In this document: piece after piece, positions 39,893 through 53,390 of the stretch
How positions within the stretch are numbered: the first letter of the stretch is position 1
Layout: every line of letters starts with the position of its first letter
Assembly (NCBI GenBank): GCA_964304625.1
Contig: OZ199840.1
Location: forward strand, 4,440,490 to 4,504,489
Length of the DNA: 64,000 nt
Reading direction: 5' to 3'
From: Kudoa neothunni
Taxonomy: Eukaryota > Animalia > Cnidaria
Position numbers and translations under genes: made by a program
The notes under the pieces: model-generated
Told to the model about the DNA's origin: nothing
Databases searched by the model: none
The model's input: only the letters and a program-made list of their open reading frames with translations

Positions 39893-41215
39893 TCGTATTT
39901 CATGACCAAGATGCAAAATGTCGTGCGCTGGTCAAATATTAAGAATTCAGATTCAGATATGCCTGTTGAACAAGAAATTATCAATAGAATCAAAAGAAAA
40001 TACGAAGTTGTAAGTAAGAAAGATAGGGGAAAGATTTTCCGCAACAACGAACGTTCATATTTTGAAATAAATACTAAAGCCATTCAGAATGAGAAGATCA
40101 ACCGTCAGATTTCTGAGTCCCTTGGCATTCACGAATCTACGATAATTAGAAATGCCAAAGAGATAAATGAAGCCGGAATAGAACACAACTTGTATACAGA
40201 TGGAGATCGTCGTTCATCTTTGAATGTTGATCAAAAACAATTTATTATTAATGAGATGGATGACAATTGTACACTAACCCTTAAACAATTACCTGAAAAA
40301 GTCTTCAAGAAATACTTTATTCAGGGTTTTCTACAAACTCTCTTCAGGTTTTTGAATGAATTCCACTATACCCTTAAAAATATCATTAATACCAATGGAC
40401 AGGAATTCCTTTAGAACCATTTCATTAAGATACGAGTATAAAATAAATTTTTATAATTGACTTATGATTTTCTTAGTTGTGTGAACGAATACATACATCT
40501 GGGACCAAAATATTCTCATATTCTATTTGTTGACGAATCTGGATTTTCTCTGCCAACTCGACGCTCTCGAGGCAGATCACTTACGGGAACTAGAGCTAAT
40601 TTAAAAGTGAATACATTAGACCCCAAAATAATACATTAATAGCAGCCTAAGCAGTAAAGAGATTTGCGGATTTAAAATTCATACAGGCGGTGTGGACCAA
40701 TTTGTTTTTTCCTCAAATTTATCGGATCTATTCGAAAATTTGAAATTGAACTCAATAAAAAAAGCTATTTTTATAATGGATACCGCCACATTTCAGAAAA
40801 CTGAAAGTGAATAGGCATTGATTGAAAACAGACCACAAAAATTATTGCTGTTACAACCCTATTTGCTATACCTTAATCCAACTGACGAGGTATTCGGATA
40901 GTTTAAATCCGTTGTGAAACGGATAGGATCCAAAACACATTCAGAGCTACTCGAATGTATCAGAAAAAGCCCAGAAGAAATAGTAGAGGCGAACTGTGTG
41001 AATTATGTGAAGCATTCAAAATCATAATTCTCGGCTTCCTTGCACAAGGAAGAAATTAACAATTAGAAACACAAAAACATATACGATTAAAATTTATAAC
41101 ATCTGTTTTTCAAGGTTACATAGCTATTTTTAAATTTTAATTGATATTTTTAAACGAAAGTTTAACATTTTAATAGATTTACGTCGTGTTCGTATCTTGG
41201 TCATGAAATATGTGA
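39893..41215 (+). mobile_element. IS630/Tc1-like transposon, disrupted
   Basis: TIRs CGTATTTCATGACCAAGATGC and GTATCTTGGTCATGAAATATG. Motifs ILFVDESGFSL, IFIMDTATFQK and LQPYLLYLNPTDEVFG. Confidence 0.85.
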
Positions 41216-41299
41216 TAGGTCAGCAGCGTTATACAAATACAAATGTGTAAACGACAACAGATAATTACTACTATTGATAATAACTTCGCGCTCATGTGT

Positions 41300-44200
41300 G
41301 CGTATCAGACAATGCCCGTTCGATCGTGTTCGTGTCCTCTTTTAGTTACACTATGTCAGGCTGGAGTGTAGAAAGTGTTGAAGAGGCTTTGAAAACTAGC
41401 AGACTTTTCTCTTGGAAAAAATCTACAACGCGTTCTAAAGAATGGGACAGTTTCTGTTCCATCTTTACTAAAAACGGGGATGAAACATCCCAAATTGATT
41501 TTATTGTTTGCACAAAGTTCAACAAAGCATTCCCGCATAAGTCGTCTTACGGGAATAGGAAGCTTATTAGTCATAATAAGTTACATGCTAAAACAAATAT
41601 AAAAATTAATGAATTATTTGTTTCACCTCCCTCCATTGTTAATTTAAGCCTATCAGATCAGGTAATGTTTGACACTAAAATTGCTAATTTTGTAGCTGAA
41701 ACAATCTCCCCGTTTACAATAACAGAAAGTGCATCGTTTACGGAGAGGATAAACTTCGCATTTAACTTAGGCAAAAAGGTCAATGAACCTAGTGCTAGAC
41801 TTAAGATTTTATCCAAAAAATGTGTTAAAAAAATAATCATGAATGAGTATGAGCGCATATATTTAAAAATGTAAAAATTAATTGCAACAATAAGTCACAA
41901 TAGTATGTGCCTAACCATTGATATTTGGACTGATAATGTCAAAACCAACTCATTCATTGATATATTAGTGTTGTTTGTTAAAAATTTCTCCCTTCAACAT
42001 TTCCAATACGACATGATCTATTTTCCTGTAAAACACACTGCCGAAAATATAAATAAAATCTGCACGGAATTTTGTATTAAATTTTCACTTAGCAAATCTG
42101 ATCTAAGAATTGTTTGTGACTCCGCAGCAAACAACCTATCTGGTCTAAGAGAGTTCAACACAACCAAATGTGCTGCTCACCGCCTTCACACTATTATATC
42201 TCAAGGTATTTTATGTATTAAGTTTATGTTAAAATTTTGATGAGTAAATAATTGTAAAAGTGATATACTTAACGATATGCTATCTTGATCTCTCATAATT
42301 CTGTTTGGAAAATCAAGATAAAACTGTTATAATCTAAATTTAAATAGTTTATATTTATGTATTTTAATATATTGATTGCACTTTTTTATCACTAAGTTTA
42401 TAAATAAATTTTACTTTCGCTATAATATCTAATTTCGATTTTTTTATTATGTGTAGCTTGGGATCTTAGTACAAACAGCACATCCGATTTATCCATACTA
42501 AGGGTGAATGTTGACAAACTGTGCGGATCTGTTCATAAAACGGCGGATTTACAGTCAAAATTACCAATGAAAATACAATGGGGCTCAGCTACGCGACCAT
42601 GGAGAGGCCTCAGCGATCGATATAGGACGTTAGTGGCGTGTTTCGATAGTTTGGAGGATGTGCTAAAAAATCATCCAGCTAAAAAATACTTTGACGGATT
42701 GGACAAGAAAGAATGCGTTGTTGTAGCTGAATTTTTCAAAATATTTTCCGATTTCTTTGATCAGTTGGAGCAGGTGAAAAGGCCATCGTCACATTTTGTA
42801 ATTCGTTTAAGTTTCGTTTTTTATATTATCGTTAGGTGTTTATTGTATTTCATCGTATCAAAGCAATGATTCAAAAACAACGTGAAACTTTTATGGGCGA
42901 TTATTGTATGCATTTGGAAAGTTTATTGGACGAAAAATACACACAATGTATTGATATCAACCATAAAATCGCAGCTTTTCTCCATCCAAATTTTAAAAAA
43001 TTCAAATTTATTGAGTGTAAGTCTGCAAAATAAAGAATTAAATTTTGTGATAAATCACGTTGAGTCGCTTTTGTCTGGCATGGCTGAACCAAATTACCTA
43101 TATAAAAAAAAACAAATTTGATGGTAAATCTTTTCCTGTAACAAATATTTAAAAAAATTAGAATTAATCCCAAAGAGCTCGGAACTTCTGAAAACCCACT
43201 CAATATGTTATGAACTGGATAGTGCCTCAGAAGATTTTCAATCAGAAATTCAACTGTACATCCGAGAAAAAGTCAACCAAGTTTACGAAAATCCGCTCGT
43301 TTATTGGGAAAACTTCAAGAATGAAAATCTTAAAAAATTGCAACTAACATGTACAGCCGACCAGCATCCAGCTCAATGTCAGAACGGGCGTTTTCATACG
43401 CTGGAAAAATTTTATCCAAGTCTAGATATAGACTTGAACCGAACACATTAAGAAAATTAGTAGTTTATACTAATAATATTAAAAATAAGACACTTCTGGA
43501 GTGAATTTAATTCACTCCTTCTCTTTATTATGTTTTATTTTGCATTATCTCAAAAGAAAACTGAACAGACCTAACTTAGCCACTTCAAAAATTCACTTCT
43601 AACTATTAGACTTATAAAATTAGGGTTTGAAAGTATTTTTATCATTCTAAAAAATGTTTAGGCAGATTTGACTATAGCGGAACTTAATATAACGAGGTTC
43701 TGTTTCCTAAATTAATTTGATTATCTTTTAAAAAAAACTGATATCAAATTTGTATTTGGTAATAAAATATGAAATTGTGACATGAGGTAACATATCTCAA
43801 AAATTCCAGTAAATCAAGGTAAAGATCGTAATTGCTTACATTCAATGCCTCATATTTTTCTTCGCTTAAAATTTAATAGTAATTTCATATCTAAGATCTT
43901 TTTGGTAATGGTAAAGTATGCGCCACCTAAAAACGCCCGCTTGTGCATGTTATTCGAATATCTTTTTTTCAACAAACATTGAATTGTTGTCTAATTCGTT
44001 TTGATAATCACTCATAAGTTGGTTATTCTTCATATTTTTTAGCATATAAACATAAATTATACAATATCAGATTTATTTATACATGTTTTTATTAGTTTTA
44101 ATTACGAATAGTTCAAAAACGAGGACAACTACGTACTCTCAAAATGCATTTTCTTAATATTCTTAGTACTGATGAGTTTTTTAAAAATAAATAAATAAAT

Positions 44201-45031
44201 ATTATATTTTAGATAAACATTTAATTTCAATAGGTAAACAATTAAGGGTTGATTATATGAAGTTATTACTTTATTAGAGGAATTTTTACGTGTGTGTTTA
44301 GTATAACATTCGATAAAATTAAAAATGTTATTAGAAATCAAAAAATTGTTTTCTATACATTCATTAGTTTTAGTTAATTATATGTATAGATCAAAATAAT
44401 AACCTTAGTTAAAATATTGGGTTTACACTTAGTAATATTCCCAATTCGTACATTGGCCCGAATTTGTTGTTACAAATTTTGACATACACAAAAACTTACA
44501 AAACAATTAAAATATAGCTTAATATTTTTTTTTCGATATAATACAAATACTGCAATGTAAAACAGTTTTTTATTGTCATTTTAAAAAATTATAAACTAAA
44601 AAAAATCGTACGACATCAAGATCTATTTTTTTAAATTTGAAAAGTATTTTCATTATAGTGAAAAATGAGATCTTTTTGTGAGACACGCAATAAGTTAATA
44701 TTTAAAGTTAGTCCATATAAAATCGTTATATAACAATAGTAAAAAATCAAAATAGTAATAATAAATAACTTTCTCATTAATAACTAAGAAAGAAACGAAA
44801 AAAATTCAGTGTTTGTTGAAAAAATATGGAGATTACATGTGTGTTCGACCCTCGTCCGCTACACTACATACTTCATCACCATCCTCGCACACGAAACGCA
44901 CGAATGGTTTCGTTCGTGTTTCGTGTCAAAAATTTTAAGATCAGAAAAGTTCATTCGTGTTTATAATTATGAAGAAAACTTCGTTCGCTCATGACACGAA
45001 CGAACACACGAACGGACATTGTCTGGTACTA
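41300..45031 (+). mobile_element. hAT (Ac/Hermes-like) transposon with intron-containing, disrupted transposase
   Basis: BED-finger remnant (WDSF..FIVCTK..H), Hermes-type IANFVAETISPFTITES, CLTIDIWTD, IVCDSAANN, CAAHRLH, TRPW, IAAFLHP and PASSSMSERAFSYAG, spanning 41353-43504. Ends GTATCAGACAATGCCCGTTCG and CGAACGGACATTGTCTGGTACTA with CACGAA subterminal repeats. Confidence 0.85.
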
Positions 45032-45244
45032 ACCATGCCAATTTGATCAGACAACAGATTTCAGGTGCGTAATAACCATGAACTTCTATTTTTCCCAACG
45101 AAAAAAATATTTCTTAATTCTATAATCATATTAGTCGACGCATTTTACTCTTATTTCAGGATTTATATCTGATGTTACTTCGAATATTTTGAATTTTCGA
45201 CACTATTTCTAAAAGTGCGCGATAACCATGCGCCACTGTATATA

Positions 45245-48200
45245 CAGTGGGTGAAGGGTAATACGTAATCCCTATGGGACCGGAGGAAAAGGGCAGATTA
45301 TCCATCATTGTTGGGCAATCAGCACCTTTTTGGTGCGCGCATTAAAAAAACAAATTATTCTCCTATAGAGATATTATTTGATCTCCGTTAAAAAAAAATT
45401 GTAATTTTAGTTTGTTTGATTTTTTGCTGAGATCGCAAAAATTTCTTCCTCGGTTATATGTAGGTATTTACATACATTAGAATAACTTTTTGTAAAATAA
45501 CCTTCAAGGTATTCGATGAATTTGAAAGCTTCTTCTGAACTATAAGATTCTTCATGGTTTTTCACGCAATCAGATTCAGATGATTTTTCCATCATATTTG
45601 GAGTATTAACGCTTTTATTGTCATAATTTCAATCAAATTCGCAGACTCTAATGAAATTTTCTTCACTTATAGATTCGAGGAAATCAGAGCAATTATCTTC
45701 ATCCGATGTGACCAAAGATTCCTCTATACTTTCTTTCATTTCTTAATGGTATTTGTTTAATAAAAACTTTACGTTGGTCAATTTACCACCAATTTCGGAA
45801 ATAAATCCTGCTTTTTTTAAAACAGTTAGATATAGTTTGTCTTGTTATATCCTCTCAGGGTTCTTTAATCAACACTAATGCATCTAGAATATTCAAGGGT
45901 TTCAATTAAAAAGTTGATCCTTGTATCAGATGTCTTTTGTAAATGGACTTAAATGAGATAATAACATCGTAATCCATGGGTTGTAATACTAAAGCAGCGT
46001 TTCTGGGGGAAAAATTAATTCGATATTGGATAACTCTAGCGGTGGATGACAATTAGCATTATCAAGAAATATTAATATTTTCTTGTTTTGTTTTTTAAGG
46101 TTGTTATTTAATTTGGTTAAATAATTGATAAATATATCAGAACTCATCTAGGCTTTTTTGTTTGAATAATATGTGACTGGTATTTGCGTTAGGTTTTCAA
46201 AACATCTTGGATAAGCATAACAACCAATTACAACGGGTTCAAGTTTTTCACCTAACATTGAGGAACCTAATAAAAGTGTGACTCTTTTTTTGACCGTATA
46301 GAGCATTTAACAATTGTCTCGTTAGAAAGAACATAAATTCTTCCTAAATAATAAATTTAACAAAATAATATATTCCGATTGAATTAAGTTTCATTAATCA
46401 TACTTGGCTGCGGCTGATAACATAAAGCTGTCTCATCTAGATTATAAAATTGCTCAACTTTATAATTCTTCAAGGGTTTTTTCAACCGCGAGTTCCATTC
46501 ATCAATAGTTTTTGTTTCAACAATGTTCCCTTCTCCGTGAAAGTTTAATCTGAGTAAATTGAACCGCCCTTTGAAACCACGGAACCAATCGTAGCTAACA
46601 TCTTCATCGTCTTTATTAATTCCTTTTTGTATTTCATTTCGTTTGGCAATTATTTACACTGAAGAAAGCTCAACATTTTTTGTTCTCATCCAAGAAATCC
46701 ACTCATATACCTGCTGATTTATTTCCTTTTTTAACCTTCTTTTAATCTTACAGGACTTTTTTGCCACTCCACTTTCAACAGCTTGTTTAATCTTAGCTTT
46801 CTTTGATAATATACTATTTAATGTTGATAAAGATTTAAAAATGAAATGTTTAACAGTCTGTCTTTTTGCACCCTGAGGTTGTTGATTCTCAAAATACTTC
46901 AATATGTCATATTTTTCATCCGGTGGACGCCATTGATGTATGAGATTTTTTTCCAGTCATGTTATTGAGCAGGCTAAAATCGGCGCGCATCTTTGAGGCG
47001 ACAGCGCAGAAAAAGATGCCGATTGTCCATCAATGGACCATAATTGCGTTTTTATAAGATACTTTAACAAAATAAATATTTCTAAATATACTTTAAGCCT
47101 TAATTATTACATCAGTATAAATAGATAAGAAAAATCAACTCAAAATAGGCGTAACTTACGCGGAAGATAAAAAGTGCGGATTAGTCATACATTCGAGATT
47201 GTATATTGCGTGGTTTTTTGCTAGTCCCAAAAAACCACGCAATAAAAAGTTTTCACGCAATATCCAGTTTTGTGCGTGCGCATCACATTGTAAAATACGA
47301 TTTTCTTGTACTTATGTTTGATGACTATTCCTACAAATAAACACAGTTAAAACACAACTAACATAGAGTTCAATTAAGGAAGAGTTATTAAATTTTGTCA
47401 AAAAATCTTGTGGTTATTGTGGGTCGAAATCTTTCAATTGATATTTTTTTTATTCTTTTTTAAATTCTGTACGTTTTGAGATATAAATCAAATAATCCAG
47501 ATGGAGATTCTTGAATTAAAATTTTCACTAAAATGTTAACGCTATTTTTTATTTATTTTATTAAAATTTTGACTTCTTTAATAATTGGTTCGACATCATC
47601 AGATTAACCATTGTGGGCAATAAGTTGGCATGATTTTGATTCTCACATGTTGCAACATTACCATCGTCAAATATACTTTCGTAAACGTCGAATTAATTTA
47701 AAAAGATTCATTATATATACATAAAATACTACCTTGTGAACTGTTTCTGAGTCTGGATATCTTACTTAAATCTTCTTGTTTTATAAACTGATATAACTTT
47801 TTTATTAAAGTTTTATATACTACTGCCAAACATTTTTGATTTTTAAAACAATTAAATATAATTGTTGGTATAATACTCTCCCAAAGTTTAGTTAATGGCG
47901 TGATTGAATTTAGTAATGTTTATTTTTCGATGATAAAAGCTTCACATAAAACCGTGTGCTTAGTCAGTGTATCCCTGCCTTACTTTTTAATGCATTTGAT
48001 GATGCTTAAATTAAGGTTTGTAGAATATTAGTTGTTTTTTGGTGGGGAAAAAAATTAATATTTTTAGGATGAAAAGGATATTGATCCAACAAAATTAAAA
48101 CTTTCCTGTTCTCATCTATAATTCTTGGGTTCAACTTTCTCGTTATGTTTATAAATATGCTACACATCATACATGTGTGTTTTTGAATAATATTCACGCG

Positions 48201-49179
48201 GTAGATGTTTAACTTGGTTGACACGTCTAGGATTCTGAAATTTACCAGTAGAAACTGACGGAAGTTCACCCTTATTTAAAAAGGAGCGACAGTAAAATAT
48301 TCACTATTTTTTGGATATTTTTCGCCTCATATTCCGACTTCATCCTTTAAAACATAACTAATGTTTTGTAACTGCTCACAAAAGAAGGAAAGTTTCATCA
48401 ATGTTTATAGCGCCTTTAGGACTATATGCCTTAACCAAATTAATGTTTTCAACAATTCATGAGTCAACAGATAAAATATCTGTATTCGCGGCCTCTCCAT
48501 GAAACATTTTGAAAGCTATCCCATATTTTGACGTGGACTCTGAAAACCACCCTTAATTAGACTTTAAATTTGAAATTTCTTTTCATTTACAATATATAGA
48601 ACAATTTCGATAACTGCATATCTCAGCAAAACATTATCATTCCACCATTGTTTAACGAGCCAATCATATAGCTCACCATTTATATTTTTAGTTTTTCCGA
48701 AAAATGTGTCCTCCTTTTAGTATAAATATCCGTATTTTGAAGTTATCTTCGTGTGAACGAATACTATCAGTTTTTAAATGATCTTAAACGTGACAATGTA
48801 TTAATATTCAACATAGGTCACCATATCATTCAATGTAAACTTAGAAATTGTCATTTTTTCGACAACTTTAAATATTTTTATCGAATTATAATAATCAATG
48901 ATTCATTTTTTCTCTCAAGTATTACATTTTTAACGGGACGTAATGAAAACGCTTCTATTTTTAAATTGTCGGATTACTAAAACTACTCAATAACGAGACT
49001 ATATATATAAAATTTTTATTTTTTAATGTTAATAATGTTCACAAAACAATAAAATACTAACAATAACAAAAAACTATATTTCTCCCTAAAAAGAATAACT
49101 TCGAAATTTTGTGATTACGCAATATCCAGTCACGCAGTATCCAATCTCGACTGTACTGCCGATTATCCGTCACCCACTG
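45245..49179 (-). mobile_element. Tigger/pogo (CENP-B-like) transposon with a nested second Tigger
   Basis: TA-flanked TIRs CAGTGGGTGAAGGGTAAT and ATTATCCGTCACCCACTG. Minus-strand remnant at ~46960-45407 with VYEWISWMR, SYDWFRGFKGRF, FYNLDETAL, IFLDNANCHPP and LQPMD. Confidence 0.8.
47190..49153 (-). mobile_element. Tigger/pogo remnant (copy 2, both ends present) inserted at a TA near the end of the previous element
   Basis: TA|CATTCGAGATTGTATATTGCGTG ... CACGCAGTATCCAATCTCGACTG|TA. Homologous to 33024-34341. Confidence 0.78.
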
Positions 49180-50223
49180 TAGTAGCAGGGCATCCAACGA
49201 TACCATCGGAAAAACCCAGGGTAGAACTCTTAAAAAACCAAGGTCGCAAAGAGAATACAATAGTATTATTAAAATAACAAAAATTTTTATTTTAAACGTG
49301 TTTTCTAATTACTGTCGTCAACTGAATCGTCTTCACAACCCTCAGTTAAGAAGCTTGATCTATCTTTCAAACCCTCAAGGTATCGTTGGCTCACAACACC
49401 GCTGTTCACATAATGTATTAGTTCATTTGTTGGATGCGACATCAAACATATTATTATTTCTTCTGATCAACTGCTTTGCGATTAGTTTAAATTTTACAAT
49501 TTCAGCCTTTAATGAGTTAGTTTGTTTAGTTTTTACTGTGTTCATTAATCAATAAATTCGTGGAACTTTTACAGTAGCTGGAATTTCTGACCTAAGCATA
49601 TTGATCAAGCCATTATTCAAAACCTACTTTTAACCAATCTTGATTGGAGCACATATTATCCTACGCTCTTTTTTTAAGCTCCTTTTGAAATTTCACACAT
49701 ACTTTAAAATAATATACGTCAATAGCTTCAAAATATGTTATTAAAAAACTAGAAAATTTGAATGCGGCGTTGAAATATCCAAATACAATCACAGAATAAT
49801 AAGAACAATTGATTAAATAACAATTGTCCAGGGGTTGGAAAACAGCGCGTTGTCGACAACCGTGATATCTTTTTAAAATTTCGAATAATTTTAATTCTCT
49901 CCGTTATTAAAACAATAAATATGATTATTCTACCTAATTCTAAAATTTACTGTTTATAAAATGGTCTCAAAGAATCCAATAAATTAAAAGTATTGCAAAT
50001 AAATAAAAAGGCCCGAGGTTTGGACGCGCTGTGTAGTAGATTTATGGCGCGTGTGCATTTAGCAGATTCCGGCGAAGGTTCGCCGTATGACTTAATTCCT
50101 ACAAAAATTCTAGACATTGGTTATTGAAATAAAAATAAAGTGAATTTATTGTAATTGTGAAAAATAACCATCGTTTTATAAGAAATAATATAACTTTTTT
50201 CCTAGTAGAAGGAGGTGAGATGT

Positions 50224-52873
50224 TTAATTCTTGGATTTACTTGCCACAAAGGCCACTCCACCAATAACCACACCCAAAGCACCTAACGCCGCGAGGATAC
50301 TAAATAAAAATTTTATGCAATTTTCTATTATATTAACATATTATAATTACATCCACCAGTTCTTTTTCATCCAACCACTATATATAAAATAAATAGTAAA
50401 AATTCGTAATTTATATAATAATTATTTTTACCCAGTTCCTTGTCCTAAAAAATATATATTACAAAATATAAATAGTACTTAATAAATTACTTCCAATTTC
50501 AATTTCTTCAATAAGGGCTGCAGTTTGTCCATCACCTGACGATAACTGATACCTGTAATTTATATCTATATTGTCGAAGACAACCGAATTGGCACAATCA
50601 ATATCATCATCAGTTGATTTTCCAATTTTCTCAAACAAGAATTTGTCCTTTGGATTCGCGGGATCGACTGCGTAGATCACAACGTCACATAAATTCCCTG
50701 GTTGATTTTTGTTTGGTATGATTGTTAATCTTTTTTCATTAGTGTCAAATGTTATTTCTGGTTTTACTTTATTATCACTTGGTCCTAAAATTCTGTGTTT
50801 TAATGTTCTTAAATCAATTTTTACTCACTTATTAGTTGCGACACTTGATAAACTGTATGATTAGTGTGACCAGCATGAACCAACTCGATACTTAGGGTTA
50901 TATTAACAGGCAAATTTATCACTTTAAATCTTTGAGAACACAAACCCCAACATGGTTTTCCATTCGAACAAGTTGCTATTATTTTTCGAGATTTTCTGCG
51001 CATTTCATATCTCACGTAGCATTTCATTTTTGGGAGATAAGACTCATATTCACTCGCTGTTCTTGGGGTCATAATCATTGTGTTACCAAAAAACAAGGCT
51101 TGTGTTCCATCGAATTTAATTGGAGCTAATGAGATTTAGTATTTATAATATATAAATATATATGTACTTGTTGAAAAAAATTTATTAACAACGTGATCTG
51201 CAGTATTTAAACTAGTTCCTATCTTCATTTCAAGTATATATGGTGTGTTAGGAGTTAGTAGTTTTAATGTCGTTTTTGTGGCACATACATCAGTGCATTT
51301 TTCGTTTCTTCCGTCTCCACATATATCGCTCATTGGAATACCTGGAAATTTCGCGTGTACCAAGGACGGATAACATTTAGAAGAATCAGTATTAGTAACT
51401 TGATAACTAGCTGAGGTTGTTGTAATATCAGATATGGCAACAGTATTTTTCCCGGCTATATTATATTAGTTTTTATTTATTTACTGAAAATATACTTTTA
51501 ATTTGATATTCTTTTTCTCCATGCCTAGTGGAAATTTGCACAGTATAAGAATCTGCAGCAGCAGCTTGTCCCGTCAATTCTAGAGTAGTAGGTCCACCAC
51601 AGTATTTGTAGCATTTTTCGGTACCAGTTCCAGTCTGACTACATTTATCTATATAATCATTTATGCTGCCACCCTTTATTTTGAAATTGCAGATTTCATA
51701 GTCCATGTAAGGATTTTGCACTTCCAAGGGGAAATTGACATGTGTAGTACTTGATTGTGATACTGTGAATGGAACATATTTAAATTTGTTATCTTTATTA
51801 TAGAAAGATTTGTTGGCATAGAACATGATTTTTGCTTGAGTGGCACCACAGTAAGAATAATAGGCACTCGATATTGAGTAACGAATTGGTACAGTGATAT
51901 TATATGCAGAACAATTGTTATTTTCCACCTTGACCAAGGTTGTATCTTGGTTAGTGCTTTTAACTCGGCATTTGTAGTTGTCCGTGCAGAAATTGTTAAC
52001 ACTGAATTGAGCTTCTTCTTCACTAAGTGTAACATTAGTTTCAGGAAGTCTTGGCATATCTATCAACAAATAAGCTAAACAATTAATTCTTATTATTTAC
52101 CGGCTGGAACTGCTAGTATGTTAAATGTTGATTCCTTCAGTAATTCTGAAATAATGCATCAACCTTCCACTATTAACTTTTATCACAACCTTCTCGTTAC
52201 ATTTAGGTTCGCATATGACTTCTTCCTCGCCAGTAGCTATTTTGCATAAAGTTTCATTGAATTTTGCTCTAACTCCATCTCTAACCAAATGTTCTATTTT
52301 GCATTTATCGCTTTCTTCTCCCGTCAGGTGAATTGTGATTTCGTCCATGTACTTTGAGATTTCTTGATCAACTATAGGTATATCTTTTGGATCTATTGTG
52401 GTTTCAATAGGGGCGGCAGTGGTAGTAGATTCTGTACTCTCGGTTGATGGGTTGGAATCAGTAGAAGGGTCACTAATACTCTCCGTCTCAGTACCATTTC
52501 CACTCTCAGCATCACCATCATCATCATCAACAGCACCACCATCAATATCGGTTTCAGTGCTAGCAGCAGCATCAGGGTCGACACCTTCAGCAACAACACC
52601 AGCACCGGGACTTATAACACCATTGTTACCATCGTCAACGGATTTCATCAGTATCAAGGGAATATTTGACTGTAAAATGTTGCTTTGATGAACAATAGTT
52701 TCTTTTTCTTTCTCTTCTGGTATTGGTACCACAATTACAGGTCGTTCGATTTGTTTGATAAAATACTTATGACAACATACTAAATATGAATAAAAGAATT
52801 AAAGGAAGATAAAAAGTAATAATTTACTTGTTGTGAGAATAGTTGAAAATAGAAACCAAAATGGCAACCTCAT
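50224..52873 (-). pseudogene. Surface protein family copy D, with a +1 frameshift at the end of exon 2 (pseudogene/silent copy or sequencing error)
   Basis: Same nine-exon layout. At 52123-52125 it reads gttAAAtgttg where copy C reads gttAAtgttg, giving ..EGINI* instead of ..EGININILAVPA. The other exons and splice sites look intact. Confidence 0.75.
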
Positions 52874-53390
52874 ATTATACTAATTCTTCGTTATTATCTA
52901 TTATTGGAATTAATCAGCACCAAATACATTGAGAAAAAATTCAATTAGGTTTAATACAGTGAATATACCCGGCCTTATCATTAAACATCAAATAAAATAT
53001 TTAGCCACTAAAAATAGGAACATATCTTGTAAAAATTATTTCAGTAAAATTAGATATGAAATTCTAAATTTAATGAATGTATGCTTAGATTATAAACAAA
53101 TGAATCTATTCAAAATATTAAAGACAAACTATTGTATTCATTAGTTGAATAAATAAGTTAAGCATTGTATATGAATGAGGCACTTTAGTTTAATCAAATC
53201 GAAGGGGATTTGGAACTATTAGCACAATAACGTCCATTCTTCACTATTTCTTCAAAAAATGACTTCTACTCACATAAATTTATTTCCCACCAACACTAAA
53301 AAATTTTATCGTTATTTTACCCTCTGATCGGTCCCAAGATTGCTTCATACCTGTTTCATGATTAGAAAAAGATCCCAAGGTATAAACACA

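Noticed and set aside
44840-45030. Clustered CACGAA/TTCGTG repeats resembling an array
   Set aside because: These are subterminal repeats of the hAT element. There is no repeat-spacer periodicity and the context is eukaryotic, so this is not CRISPR.
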